Below are positions 49,101-61,494 of a stretch of DNA of 64,000 nucleotides, piece by piece. The DNA is taken from NCBI GenBank assembly GCA_965240325.2, contig OZ251224.1, positions 3,720,001 through 3,784,000 of the forward strand, in the 5' to 3' direction. Position numbers and translations under genes: made by a program. The stretch is from Rebecca billardiae RCC1528 (taxonomy: Eukaryota > Protista > Haptophyta). The notes under the pieces were generated by a model. It saw only the letters and a list, made by a program, of their open reading frames with translations. It ran no database searches and was not told where the DNA came from. How positions within the stretch are numbered: the first letter of the stretch is position 1; every line of letters begins with the position of its first letter.

Positions 49101-52100
49101 CGGCGGCGCGGGCGTCTGGCCGTGGTACATCATGAGCGTGCGCTCGCGGTGGTACTCGTACGTGCACACGCTCTTCCTCGTGCTGGTGGTGTGGGACGCG
49201 CTCTTCGTGCCGATGCAGCTCGCCTACTTTGACGAGGTCGTGCGCATGCCGTGGGTGCTCGGCCTCAACCTCGCATTCGACGTGCTGTACGCGATGCGGA
49301 TCGCCTCGCTCTTCTTCACGACCTACATCAACGAGAAGTCGGTCGAGGTGTTTCGCCCGCGCGAGATTCGGCGGCAGTACCTCGCGGGCGACGCCGGGCT
49401 CGACCTCTTCGCGTGCTGGCCGCACGACCAGGTGCTCTGGGCGCTCGGCGTGCCGACGATGATCCGCTTCGGGCTGCGGCTGCTGCGGCTGATCAACTGC
49501 CGGTACGCGTTTGCGTCGTTTGGCCGCTGGAAGGCCAAGCTGAGCGACTCCGACTTCAGCTCGGGGCTGATCAAGAACCTGACGCCGCTCTTCATCACGA
49601 TCCACTACATGGCGTGCGTGTGGAACGTCCTCGGCTTCTCCGCGGTGGGGCACACCTTCGGCATCCGCACGTGGGCGGACGTGTACCTGCACTCGCAGGA
49701 AGAGGTGGGCTACTCTATGACGATCTACGACTCGTACGAGGAGAAGCTGGTCGACCACTACCTCACGTCGGTCTTCTTCGTGCTCTCGCTGATCTCGGCG
49801 CTGGGCGTGGCGCAGCTGCCGGCCAACATGATCGAGTTCTTCGCCTTCGTCGTGCTTGCGATCCTCAACATGACGATCTACGCGTACTGCGTCGGCGGGA
49901 TCTCCGGCCTCGTGATGAAGCAGGACGACGAGATCGTCGGCAAGCGCGCGCACCTTGAGCTCGTGCACGCGTACGTGCGGCACGTGCACGTGCCGCCCGA
50001 GCTGAAGGACCGCATGACCAAGTTCTTCGTGCAGCGGCTGCAGCACACCTCGCTCTCATCCGTCGACTCGGAGCAGATCTACTCGGGGCTGCCGATGCCG
50101 CTGCAGATGGAGGTGGCGGCGCACACGAACCGCGCGCTCGTGGGCAACTGCGCGCTGCTGCGCGGCTGCTCGACCGGCTTCCTCGACCGGCTCTCCTCGT
50201 CGCTGCGCGAGCGCGAGCTCGAGGCGGAGACGGTGGTCTTCCGCTCGGGCGAGGCGTGCAAGGAGCTGCTGCTGCTCGCGTCCGGCACCATCGAGACGAT
50301 GGAGGAGGGCGAGGGCGCGGACGACTCGGTGGAGACGCTCGGCCCGGGCGACACGGTCGCCGAGGTCGCCTTCGTCTTCCGCATCCGCCACTTCAAGACC
50401 GCGCGCGTCGGGCGGAACGAGAAGGCCTTCGCGTTCACGCTCGCGCTGGAAGCGTGCGCGCCACGCTCGTGCCCCGTGCGGCTGCGCGAGGCAGCGGCTG
50501 TCTTGCGCTCACTCACACGCACACCGCCGCGCGCGCGCCCCTCGCTCACGCGCCGCAGGTACAAGGAGCTGCTCAAGGCCTTCCCCTCGCAGGAGGACAT
50601 CGTCATGGACAACGTGGTCCGGCAGTACGAGGGTGCGTGCGGCGGCCGTGCTCCTGCGGCGCATCGGCTGCGCGCGCACCGCACCGCACCGCACCGCGCC
50701 GCACCGCGCCGCACCGCGCCGCACCGCGCCGCGCCGCGCCGCACCGCACCGCACCGCCGTCGTGTGCGCAGCCGCTGAGCCCTCCACTCCCTCGCCCATC
50801 GGACGCGTGCGTGCGCGTGCGTGCGCGTGCGTGCGCGTGTCCGCAGGCATGACCACCTCGCGCTCGGCGAGGTCCAAGGCGTCGAGCGGCGCGTCGTCGT
50901 CGCCGTCGTCGCACGTGTCGGACAACGTCTCGGTCGGTGGCCGGTCGGACAGGTCCAACGTCCAAGATGTTCAGACGCTGCACAACGTACGCGCGCCGGC
51001 GTGCTCGCCTCGCGTGCACGCGCGCCCGCGCGCGCTCTCCGGCGCGGGGGCGCGCGCGCGGGCGCCGGCCCGTCGCTCCCATCGCGCGCAGCACTGACGC
51101 CGCCCGCGCGGCGCCTGGGGCTCGCGCGCAGACGCTCGCCGAGGCCAAGCGCAAGCGCGAGGAGCTGATGCACGCGCGGCTGTGCATGGCGTGCGCCAAG
51201 GGCGACTACGACAAGGTGCGCCGCATGCTGACGGGCCGCTCGATCGACATCGACCACGGCGACTTTCAGGGGCGGCGCGCGCTGCACCTCGCGGCGTGCG
51301 GCGGCGACAAGCGCGTGATCGAGTTGCTGCTCGCGTCCCGCGCGGACGTGAACATCGAGGACAGCCTGGGCAACACGCCGCTCGACGACGCGCTCCACTC
51401 GGACAACGCCGACGCCGCGGCGCAGCTCGCAAGCCACGGCGGGCTGCACGGCTCGCGCGACGTCGCCGACGAGGTGTGCACGGCGGGCAGCCACGCCGAG
51501 GGCAAGCAGGAGCTGCAGCGGCTCTGCCAGTACGGCGGCAACGTGAACGCGGCCACGCACGAGCAGCGCACGGCGCTGCACATCGCCGCGTCCGAGGGCC
51601 GCGTGGACAACCTCCGGATGCTGCTCGAGAACAAGGCGGACGTGAACGCGCGCGACCGGCGCGGCTCGACACCGCTGCAGGACGCGCTGCTCGGCCGTCA
51701 GGACGAGGCGTGCGAGCTGCTGCTGCAGCACGGCGCGATGCTCGGCGAGTTCGACACGGCGCTGCACATGAACACGGCGGCCGCGCAGAACGACACGCTG
51801 CACCTCGCGCGGCTCGTCAAGTTCCGCTGCTCGATCAACACGCAGGACGAGCTCGGCCGCGCGCCGGTCCACCTCGCCGCGTCCAGGCGCCGGCTCAACG
51901 CGCTCAACTTTCTGCTCGACACGGCCGACATCGACGTCAACATCGAGGACAAGTTCGGGAACACGGCGTACGACGACGTGCTGCGCGACCCCGAGACCGA
52001 GGGCAAGGTACTGCGCGCGCTGCTCGAGACGCGCGGCGCCAAGCGCGGCGGCCACGTCAGCCACGCCGACATCCACGTGCAGCGAGACCTGGAGGCCGAG

Positions 52101-52722
52101 AGCGCGCGCGTGCTCACCGTGGTGCTGGGCGAGCGCGACCGCGTGCTCGAGGAGGCCCAGCTGCTGCGCGAGTGGGTGCGCGAGGAGCGCAGCGCGCTGC
52201 AGACGTTCAAGGGTCAGCTCGAGGTCGCCCTCGCGCTGCAGCGCGAGCGCGGCGCCGTGCTCGCCGACGAGCTGCCCGAGCTGTGGGAGCAGGTGTACGC
52301 GTACGCGGAGGGCTACTTTGACTGGCGCGAGGAGGCGCGCAACTCTGCGGCTGCCACGATCGAGCAGTGGTCGGAGGACAACAAGGACTTTGCGCTCATC
52401 GCGATGCAGAAGCTGCAGTCAAAGGTGCGCCCATCGCATCTGCGGCGCCCCGCGAGCGCGGCCGGTTGCCTGGCGATGTGCACGTGTGGCGCCCTGGCCG
52501 GCACTCGATCACCGGCGTGCCTCCGCCAAAGCTGTGCGCGCGCCACCTGTGGCGCATGCCGTGCGCGCCCTTCATGCCGCTCATTCATCTCCCGCGTGTC
52601 GTCCGTGTCGTGCGTGCGTGCAGTTCAAGGACATCATGGCGCTCGCTGAGACGGATTCCAAGGGCATCGAGAGGTTGTACGAGGTCACGTTCCGCAAGCC
52701 TATGAAAGTGGACGCCAGCTGA
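43177..52722 (+). CDS. Two-repeat cation channel [6TM-pore-C-linker-CNBD-ankyrins-coiled coil] x2 with central EF-hand-like motif, ~2,800 aa; introns 44044-44184, 44372-44495, 44903-45036, 50454-50558, 50633-50846, 50987-51131, 52425-52623
   Basis: Repeat 1 filter LTSMGYG|T, CNBD GPGQIVGEVAF, ankyrins RTPLHLA/RTALHV; FKVFDTERRGSI; repeat 2 S4 LRLLRLI, IHYMACVW, pore LISALGVAQLP, CNBD GPGDTVAEVAF, ankyrins RRALHLAA/RTALHIAA. Repeat-1 CNBD through repeat-2 CNBD lie in one exon. Confidence 0.88.
50677..50757. repeat. (CGCAC/CGCGC)n pentamer microsatellite in channel intron
   Basis: Seen directly. Confidence 0.9.
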
Positions 52723-52988
52723 GAAAGGTTTACGGAAGGCACTAGCCACTAGGCCATTATGTCTGTCCAGACCGTCTGCCGTTCTCCGGTCAAAATAACA
52801 ATTAAGGGTTCTGTCGCGCGCGTGCTCAAGTGATGAAACTGCTTCACGCTTGGCCGAGCACCCGGAGCGCGTGTGTCGTGCTCTAGCTTATTGCCGTTTC
52901 CGCGACGCACGAAGGGCATGGCCAGGGCAGCAGATGGCGCGCCCGCCGGGGGTGGATCGACAGCTTCCGCGACGGTACGGGTGCCCAC

Positions 52989-54165
52989 TTATTTGTCTTT
53001 GGACTTGGTCTCTTGGAGTTTGGCGGTGACGGGTGGCTGGCCATCAGGTAGTGCGGCACTCATCCGTGCCTCTGGACGGGCATTAGCGGTGGCGAGGTCG
53101 CCAAATCGCGTAACGTGGTCCGATAAAAGATATGACCGCGTTCCGCGGTCCTTTTCCGTAGAACCAACGCAGTTGGGGGCCCGCGGCGCAGTGGTTGAGA
53201 ATGAGACCGTGACGTCGTCAATCCGCACGGTCTGGCGTCTGCCTGGCAGTCAGACAGGCCGAGCCGCACCGTCTCGGAGAGTGAGTGAGAGTCAGACCCG
53301 TCCGTCGGACTCGCGGCGCGTGAATGGGCGCGCCGACGGCCAAGGGTGGCACGGGACACCAGCGGACGGGCCGCGCGGGGAAGCGGGGCGGCGCGCGCGC
53401 AGGGCGAGAGGCGCGGACGGGCCGCGCGGGGAAGCGGGGCGGCGCGCGTGCAGGGCGAGAGGCGCCGCGCGGCGCGGGCCGGCGCGTGCGCGCGCGCGCG
53501 CGCACCTGCTAGAGGTGCTCGCGCTGCGCCATGCGCTCGACGAAGGGCCGCTGGTCGCTCAGCCGGCGCGCCTCGGGCCGGCATAGCGAGAGCGCGCGCC
53601 ACTGCTGCCCGCCCACGCTGCGCAGCCACGCGCAGACCGAGCGGAGCTCGGGGTGGGACGAAGCGAGTGGCGTGTCGCGCCCGCCGCCAGGCGCACGCGT
53701 GCCCTGCTCCGCACCGCGCCGCCGTGCTCGCCCGCCGCCTGCTCCGCCGCGTCGGCCTCGAGGATGGCGGCGGCCAGCGGCAGGCTGAGCGGCGCGCGCT
53801 CGCCCACCGTAGCTTCGAGGGCCGTCCACACCTGCTCGAGCTGCTGCAGGGCGTGGACAAGGGCAGCGCGCGCGCCCAGCGCATCCGTGCCGCGTGACGC
53901 AGCGCGTCGAGCTCGGCGTCTCGCTTCGCCAGCTCGGCGCCCAGCGCCTCTGCGCGCACGCGTCGAGCTCGGCGTCGCGCTTTGCCAGCTCGGCGCCCAG
54001 CGCCTTCACGCGCACGTGCTCGTGTATCTGCGCGCGCACGGCCTGCGCGCCGCCGCCCATCTGCGCGCGCAGACTCGGACTCGTCGCGGCTGGCTGCTAG
54101 GGAGTGCTAGGGTGCGCGCCGCGTAGTCGATGGCCAAGGCCTGCAGCCAGCGCGCCTGCACCGAG
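52989..54165 (-). pseudogene. Probable pseudogene of a coiled-coil protein
   Basis: A 56-bp tandem duplication (~53903-54016, ALGAELAKRDAELDA twice) shifts frame; in-frame TAG at 53509-53511 just before a CAG|GTGCGC donor; 51-bp tandem duplication in the following intron. Confidence 0.45.
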
Positions 54166-54655
54166 AAAAGAAGGCGCGGCACGCGCGCTATAACCCAGTC
54201 CACGCAGACACGCGAGCGCGTGCTGGAGCGGCGCGCCGGGGCAACCGTCCACGTCGGCCGCGCGGGAGCCGCAGGTACTCTCGCGTGCCTGCGCGACGCA
54301 GCGCGCACGCACAGCGAAACGGGCGCGGGGTAGAATTCAGGAGAGCGCCGCCGCCCGCGCACCACCCCACCGAGAGTGCGCACATGCGCACGCCACGACA
54401 TGGCACGACATGGCGCACGAGTCGGACGCAACGCCCGACAGACAGAAGCCTTCGAAAATCCGCGCGCGCCCGCAAACGCGGCCGCGCGCGCGGGCGGGCG
54501 CGCGGGCGTGCGTGCGCCACCCGCGCGGGAGGCGCCCGCGGCCGCGCGGGCGGCGCGCGCGCGGCGCGCGCTCCGCGCGGTCGTCCACACCGATGGCGGT
54601 CGATCGAGGGCGACGAGGGCTCGCCCCGTTTTGGAGCGAGCGCGTGCCGCGCGCC

Positions 54656-54904
54656 CCCTGGCCCCCAACTGGGTATGATAATACCCACAATTACCCAAAA
54701 TGACCTTATGCCCCCAACACCGTTAGCGAGCCAATGTACTGATATGATAGACTGAACGAGAGTACCCACAATTACCCAATATACTCCAGTAGTGAATACG
54801 ACCCCGACGAAGCCAATATATATCGGTTGGTTACTTCACTGATCCCGTAAGGACGTGCAAAAATAGCCTCAAAGAAGTGGTGGTTGGTTGGGGGCTGGCC
54901 AGGG
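54656..54904. mobile_element. MITE-like AT-rich island with imperfect TIRs
   Basis: CCCTGGCCCCCAAC ... GTTGGGGG(CTGG)CCAGGG; internal direct repeat TACCCACAATTACCCAA at 54682 and 54763; no clear TSD. Confidence 0.45.
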
Positions 54905-55900
54905 TAGGGCTGGAGGCTTCGGCCGCCAGTCTGATCACCCGGAGCCCGTTATAAAGGGGAATTTAGGAGAAGCTGACGCTTGTATTGGACTTGTAACCGT
55001 CCTACTTCACACAGAAGTGAACTCTCACGCCCGGCCGTCCACGATTGATTAGGGGAATGTCGTGGACGCGGTTTTTTTCTCCGTGATGCATCTGTAGAGA
55101 GGGTCTCAAAATTCGAAACTCGGTCTCCGCCAGCCCTAAAAATCGGCCCCCGCGTCCCTTTTTCTTGATCAAAGATCTTTTTGAAACGTGGTTCCGGCCC
55201 GCTGGTGCGGGCTCCACGCTGCGCGCTCCGCCCTGCACCGCGGGCCATAATTGCCAGCCCTCATCACCTCACTAGCCATGTCGGTCGACGATCGCCCCGC
55301 TGTTGACAGGTGCGCACACGCCAAACGTATTTATGCACGGCAGCCATTTATACGGCGGTCGCACAACTACTGCGCAGCCAACCTTGCTCGTCAGACCCAC
55401 GGCTTGAAGGGTCAGGTGGACCATTTCCAGGCATGCGATGTCGCAGTTCATGCCGAAGAGGTCAGCTTGGCCGTCAGAACGGTGATCCTGCCCCTACTTG
55501 CCCATCCTTCCCATGCGCAGCCTCACCGGCACGCCGGTCGTACGGGGACGTGGACGTGGACGTGAGAGTGATCGAAAGGTCGGAACGGAAGCCGCTGCTC
55601 AGTTCCATGTGCTCGTGCGGGGAGACGCCGACCGGCGTGTGGCACGCCCCCCGGTCCCGGACGTGCCACACGCGCCTTGGATCGCGGTGGGACGGGCATT
55701 CACGCCCGCCATGGCTTCACCTCGAACATACAAGTTTGGTCATTTCTGGGCCGAGAATCCCGAGATCGAAATCTGATCGACATGTTGTGTCATCAGACTG
55801 ATGTCATCAGCCGTGAAGCTTCGGATTCTGGCGCCCGCCGGAGCGCGCAAGGCGAAATTGCTGGTCGCACGTTCCCGTCGGACCCGGGCTCCCACTCCCC

Positions 55901-57145
55901 ATGGCAGCAGCCAGCACCGACCGACTTGGCGATCGTCCAGGCGCGACGGTCGATCAGTCAGGGGCGCAAGAACGAAAGCGCGGCTATTGGGCAACTGCGG
56001 AATACCACGCTGATGCAATATCTTTCCTGGAGGCAGCCAACTCGGCCGAGTATGGGGCAACCGGCGTCGCCAAGTCGCGCAAGCAGATGAGTGCGCTCAC
56101 AGAAGCAGCAGGCGCCCTGCAGGCTGCGAGCATCGCCATGGCAAAGGGCCATTCAGACGGCATCCTCTCTCGTAAAGATGATCCTGTCTTCTTCCTGCCA
56201 ACCGACCCGCGCAACGTCTGGGCGCTCGATGCGCGACTACACGCAGAGCGCCGAATGATCCAACTTCCGCTCGCAGGCTTGGAGCTGAGCCTCAAGCAGG
56301 TGCACTGGTCCGTGGTGAGCACGGCGGAGGACGGCGACGCGTCATTGGAGGGTCATCTCACCGGTGGCATCTGCTGGGACGGCGCTGTGGTGCTCGCGGA
56401 CTTCCTCTGCCACCCGCCGGCTGTGCTTGCTGCCCACCACCCGGGCCTGGCGCGACGGGGCGCCGGCGCGGGCTGCGCCTGGAGCTGGGCGGGCAAGACG
56501 GTGGTTGAGCTGGGCTGCGGCTCGGCCGCGCTGCCGTCGATTGCTGCTGCGTTGCAGGGAGCCTCCGTAGTGCTGGCCACTGACGGCTCCAAAGCGTGCG
56601 TCGAGCTGGCGCGCTCGAACGTCGCGGAGATCGGCCGCCAACATGCACCTGCCCGCAAGGTGAGTGTGTCGCAGCTGGTGTGGGGCCAAGGTGACGAGAC
56701 GCGCCTCCTGGCCGAGCACGGCGTCTTGGCTGCCGAACCAGAGGTGAGCAATCGGCTGACTGCTGACGTGATCCTCTGCGCGGACGTGTTGTACGTGCTC
56801 GCCAACCCCGGATGCTGGGGGGCGCTTCTGCGCACCATGCGCAGCCTGAGCGGGCCTGAGACGATTGTGCTCCTCACGTACACCGAGCGCGGCCACGCCA
56901 AGGGCTTCAAAAAGTTTCTCCGGCGCGCCGGCGAGGCGGGGCTTGCCGCAATCGAGGTGGCACCGCACCTTCTGCATCCAGTACACGCCGTTGGCTGCTC
57001 TCAACGGCTCGAACAGCACGTGGGCAACGTCCAGCTTTTCTGTCTCTCAGCGCTACAGACTACGACTGGCGGCCACTGCTCATCAGACTCAGTCTCAGCA
57101 GATCACCAGATGACCAGTGCGTCCGCCAGTGTGACCAGTGAATAG
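55901..57145 (+). CDS. METTL21/EFM-type (family 16) protein-lysine methyltransferase
   Basis: TGGICWDGAVVLADFL, VVELGCGS, VLATDG, LVWG, DVILCADVLY. The 5' end may include upstream exons from ~55278. Confidence 0.85.
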   Translation: MAAASTDRLGDRPGATVDQSGAQERKRGYWATAEYHADAISFLEAANSAEYGATGVAKSRKQMSALTEAAGALQAASIAMAKGHSDGILSRKDDPVFFLPTDPRNVWALDARLHAERRMIQLPLAGLELSLKQVHWSVVSTAEDGDASLEGHLTGGICWDGAVVLADFLCHPPAVLAAHHPGLARRGAGAGCAWSWAGKTVVELGCGSAALPSIAAALQGASVVLATDGSKACVELARSNVAEIGRQHAPARKVSVSQLVWGQGDETRLLAEHGVLAAEPEVSNRLTADVILCADVLYVLANPGCWGALLRTMRSLSGPETIVLLTYTERGHAKGFKKFLRRAGEAGLAAIEVAPHLLHPVHAVGCSQRLEQHVGNVQLFCLSALQTTTGGHCSSDSVSADHQMTSASASVTSE

Positions 57146-57548
57146 CCTGCGCTGCGCTGATCGTCGTCGTCAGAGTCATCGTGATCACTACTCGGTTATA
57201 CTAGACTGCAAGCAGCTAGCAGCTATCTCTCGCAGAATAAATATCATACTCGTCGTCGCGTCGGCTTCATCAGTAACTCGGCAGACGACGCAGGCAGCAG
57301 CTAACTACAGTTTATACTAAGAATAAGAGACGCACACAGCTCAGGCAGGCACAGTAATCATCAGTATCATCATCAGATATATTAGTAGTAGCCTCCGAGA
57401 CGACGGTCTTAAATCTTATTCACATGTAGCTAGCGTCTCGGTCCGGAGACGACTCTGGCCTCTGGCCTCTGCTCTACTGCTACGACTGGAGTTTGACTCA
57501 TCACAGTGACGACGACACTGTCATGATCAAGTAGTATATATTATTATA

Positions 57549-57590
57549 AGAGAGAGAGAGAGACGAGAGAGAGAGACGAGAGAGAAGAGA
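57549..57590. repeat. (GA)n microsatellite abutting the assembly gap
   Basis: Seen directly. Confidence 0.9.
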
Positions 57591-57690
57591 NNNNNNNNNN
57601 NNNNNNNNNNNNNNNNNNNNNNNNNNNNNNNNNNNNNNNNNNNNNNNNNNNNNNNNNNNNNNNNNNNNNNNNNNNNNNNNNNNNNNNNNN
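57591..57690. other. Assembly gap (100 N)
   Basis: Run of N. Confidence 1.
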
Positions 57691-57904
57691 GCCCGCCATG
57701 GCTTCCTCCGGAGACCTGCCCCTGCCGGCATCCTGATCGCTCCACGCGCGGTCATCTGGAGCTCCCCCTGGTCACTCGGCCGCGGGCGCGCGAGCGCCCC
57801 GTCGAGCGCGTGCTGGGGCCGGCGGCGCGTGGGCTGGTGCACGGGCGTGCGCGCCGCGCGCACAGCCTCGCCTCCCCCGTCGGGCAGGCCGACGGCCATC
57901 GTGG

Positions 57905-59666
57905 ATGTCTCCTCCGACCTGCATTCCGGTCGTCCGCTCGACGAAGCCGAGTACGAGCGCAGGCTCGACCATGTTTGCGCGGTGGCGCGAGAAGCCCAAG
58001 GCGCAGCAGGAGGTGCCGGTGCAGCCCGTCCAGACCACCGTGCAGGTGCACTGGCCGCTCTCCTCGCCGCCGGACACGCCCAAGCGCTGCGCTCTCGTTC
58101 TGTACGGCCTCCCAAAGTTCTTCGCGGCGCGCAGCTTCCCGAGCCTGCAGGCGCGCGTGATCTCGCGGCTGCCCATGCCCGTGGACGTATTCGTGCACAC
58201 GTACGACCTCCACGAGACCACAAACTCGCGAAATGGCGAGGTCGCCTGCCCGCTCGACCCGAGCGAGGTCATGGTCGCCAAGCCGAAGCGCGTCGAAACG
58301 ACTTCGCAGGACATCGCCGACAAGGAGTTTCAGCCGCACTTCTCCGAGCTGAAGCGGTACGGGGACGCGTGGTTCAACCACTTCGTCTCGCTGCGTAACG
58401 TGCTGCGGCAGTACAACTCGCTGCAGCAGGTGCGCGCCCGCCGCGCGCCGCGCGCCGCAAGCGCGCGCGCGCGGCGCCGAGCGCCGACTGAGCGCGCGAT
58501 GCCCCCGATGGGCCGGCCCGCGCCACCGTGTGCCACAGGCGTACGCGCTCGTGGAGGCGGAGCAGAAGCGCTCGGGCGTGCAGTACGCCATCGTGTGCTG
58601 CTCGCGCATGGACGTGCTCTACCTCGACGACCTGCCCTCCGAGGTGGTCGCCGCCCTCGACAGCCTCACCCCCGGCACCCTGTACGCACCCAACTTCCAT
58701 GAGTGGGAGCTGCGGGCTGACAACCTCATCTACCCAACGGGCGGCATGAACGACCGGTTCGCGATCGGCTGCCGGCACGCGATGAGCGTGTACGCGAATA
58801 GGATACCGCACGCGCTGCAGGTGCGCGGGCCGCGCCGCGGGCGCGCGGCGCCTCCCTGCCGCGCGGTGCCGCGCCGACCAGCCGGCCGACTGCATTCCCG
58901 AGCGCGGCGCACTGCGCGCACCCTGCTCACCTGTGCCTGCGCTGCGCGCCCGGCGCGCGCGCGCGGCCCTTCCACGCAGTACTGCCGCACGGTGCGCCGC
59001 ATGTTCCACACCGAGACGTTCCTCAAGTGGCACCTCACGCAGGCGCAGGTCGAGGTGCGCAAGATGCGCTTCCGCTTCCAGCGCATCCGCGCCAACGGCG
59101 AGGTGCACGACACGGACCGCGAGCTGCAGACTGCCGCCGAGCGTGCGGCGGCGCAGGCGGCGGCGCGAGCCGCGCCAAGCCGGCACGCGCTCGCGGCGCA
59201 CACGCCGGCCTGCGCCGCGGCGGGCGGCGCCTCGGCGGTGACGCCGGCCTCGGCGGTGACGCCGGCCTCGGTGGTGACGCCGCTGGTGCCGGTGGCGCGA
59301 GGCACGCCGGTGCCGGCGCGGCAGCCCGCGAGGGCAGCGGCGCCGCCCCCGGTGGCTGGTGCGACCGCAGCCTGCGTTGTCGCTGCACTGCCTGGTGCAG
59401 TCTGCGCCACACTGCCCGGCGCGGTCTGCGCGCCGCCGCAGCGACCCGCTGCTGCCACCTCGCCTGCGCACGGCACATCGAGCAGCGCTGGCAGCTGTGC
59501 GTCTATGAGCACAGCCTCGGCTGCGGCCGCAGCACGCCCGGGCAGGGCTGCGGGCGCGGGCGCGGCACGGCCCGCTCCCGCCCTCTGCCGCGTGCCGTCC
59601 TCGACGACTACCGCGACGACAGCATCGGCAGGGACGACTCGGTCCGCGCGGCGAGGGCCGCAATGA
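57905..59666 (+). CDS. Putative glycosyltransferase-like protein with Ala/Pro/Thr-rich tail; introns 58430-58538, 58821-58979; start uncertain
   Basis: CALVLYGLPK..VDVFVHTY..RQYNSLQQ|AY..YAIVCCSRMD..GGMNDRFAIG..MSVY..ETFLKWHL. Confidence 0.65.
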
Positions 59667-61494
59667 CGCGGCGGCCGGCAGCCGCGGACTGCGGTGCGCG
59701 CTGAGCTCGACGCGGGGGCTCTGCTCGGCGCACGAGACCCCTTCGATGCCACGGCGTCAGGAGGCGCGCTGGTGCTACATCTGCTGAATAAGGCGTTGCG
59801 TACGCCCTGATCCCCCGTGCACCCTTACGTGCATCCCACAGTGGCGTGCCTTGGCAGCAGACGAGTCTGCGGACACAGAGTGCAGTCTGCTGCCCGAGGC
59901 GAGATACTACTACTATATACGAGTTCATCTGTCTAGAGAGTTCGGCGGAACTAGTAGTGACGATCAAGCATCATCGATCCGTGATCCACTACTAACCGCT
60001 ATACTCTGTATAACTCACAATACTGTGATAGCAATACCGTGTCCCGACTGTCCGTCCTCGGTCTCGGACGAGGCTCGCGGTAGGTGGGCCCACAGCCATT
60101 TAATAATGAAAACAAAATCTCTCTAGCTTTTTCGGGCCGCTGCCGTGCTCTTTTTCTCGCGCTGAAGTCCCTTTTTCCAGGCCGCCAAACTCCCTGTCCG
60201 GTCGATCGCGAAAGCGATGACCGGGATCGACCTTGTGCGCGTCGTCAGCACGTTGTCCGCCGCGCTTGCCCGTCTGCCATGCGAGGCACGCTGCGCCGCA
60301 CGCCCGTGGCGTGCTGCGTAGCCCTCTGGAACGAGCCATGCGAACGGTTCATCCTTGGGCCATCTTCCCGGTCCGCCATCTCTCGCCGACAGTCGCGCGT
60401 TCAAACACGGGAACAGCTTTGAGGATTGTAATGCGAGCACAACGCGAGCTTGGGACACCCTTGAACGAACTGGTACACTCCGGAGCGTTACTGGTACAGC
60501 ATCTACATGGTATCCTGGCAAGGCCCAGCTACTTCTGCGGCCCTGCAGAGACCCGCCTCGTCGGTCAGGTCCCCGGAAGTCTGTGCGGTGTGACCGAACG
60601 CTATGGCTGTTCACATGATCGTGGGCGTCTTGGGGAAGGATCTGATGGTCAAACAGCGGTCAAAGTGGATGCGTGTGCCGTCTGTTACCTCCCCGGCCTC
60701 GACTCAACTCTCAGTGCCGACGCACCTCAGGTGTTTGGAAGCTACGAGCCCCTTGGAGGGCCTCGAGCCACACGATTGCACGAGGTCGGGCTGCGCGTCA
60801 AGCCGGGTAGATCGCAGCTGATGCGCTTGTTGAGCCCTGTCGTGGCTCTACGCGTACCTCAAGAGCCCAGCTACTCCCCCGCGCGGCCGCACAGCAGTCG
60901 CCCCGCCTCTGCTTGGTCATCCGCTGTGCGCCGTGCTCGCTGCGGACAGTACAGTTGATCCGTTCACCAGTGATTTGAACCCTTCGTGAGCCTGCCCGAG
61001 CACGTTGGTGGCGCCGCCGACGCCGGTGCACGGTCAGCAGGCGTACCAGCTTGCCTGCGAGCCATGTCTCGCCCTGCTGCCACGCAGGAAGCGGTGATGA
61101 GTGCACATCGCTACGCGCGCGCGTGCACCACGGCGAGCCAGCTCGGCGCTGCGACGAAGCGGCCGTTGCGCACAGTTAGGCAGAGGACGGTCCAGCTGAG
61201 GACAGCTCGGACACAGCTTGGTCGCAGTGTAGAGCAACGGTTAGGTCGGGGCACGAGAAAAGGCGTTCGATGCATAGCAGTGCCTGCCTTGAACGCCACA
61301 GATGAGCTCTCGACGAACCTTGTCCGCCGTGTTTACGCTGCGGGCTGCTGGATGGGCCCGGCGCCGCGTGCACCACTCCTGCTTGCCTTGACCACGGCGG
61401 GCGGGCTGGCGCCGCGACTCGGTGCGGCTCAATCTTTGCCCACGGCTCCTTAAGACTCATCCTTCGAGGGTAGAAGGGTTGGAAAAATTCTTAG

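Noticed and set aside
55278-55800. Selenoprotein exon with in-frame TGA
   Set aside because: No redox motif, homology or SECIS identifiable; more likely 5' UTR or a uORF.
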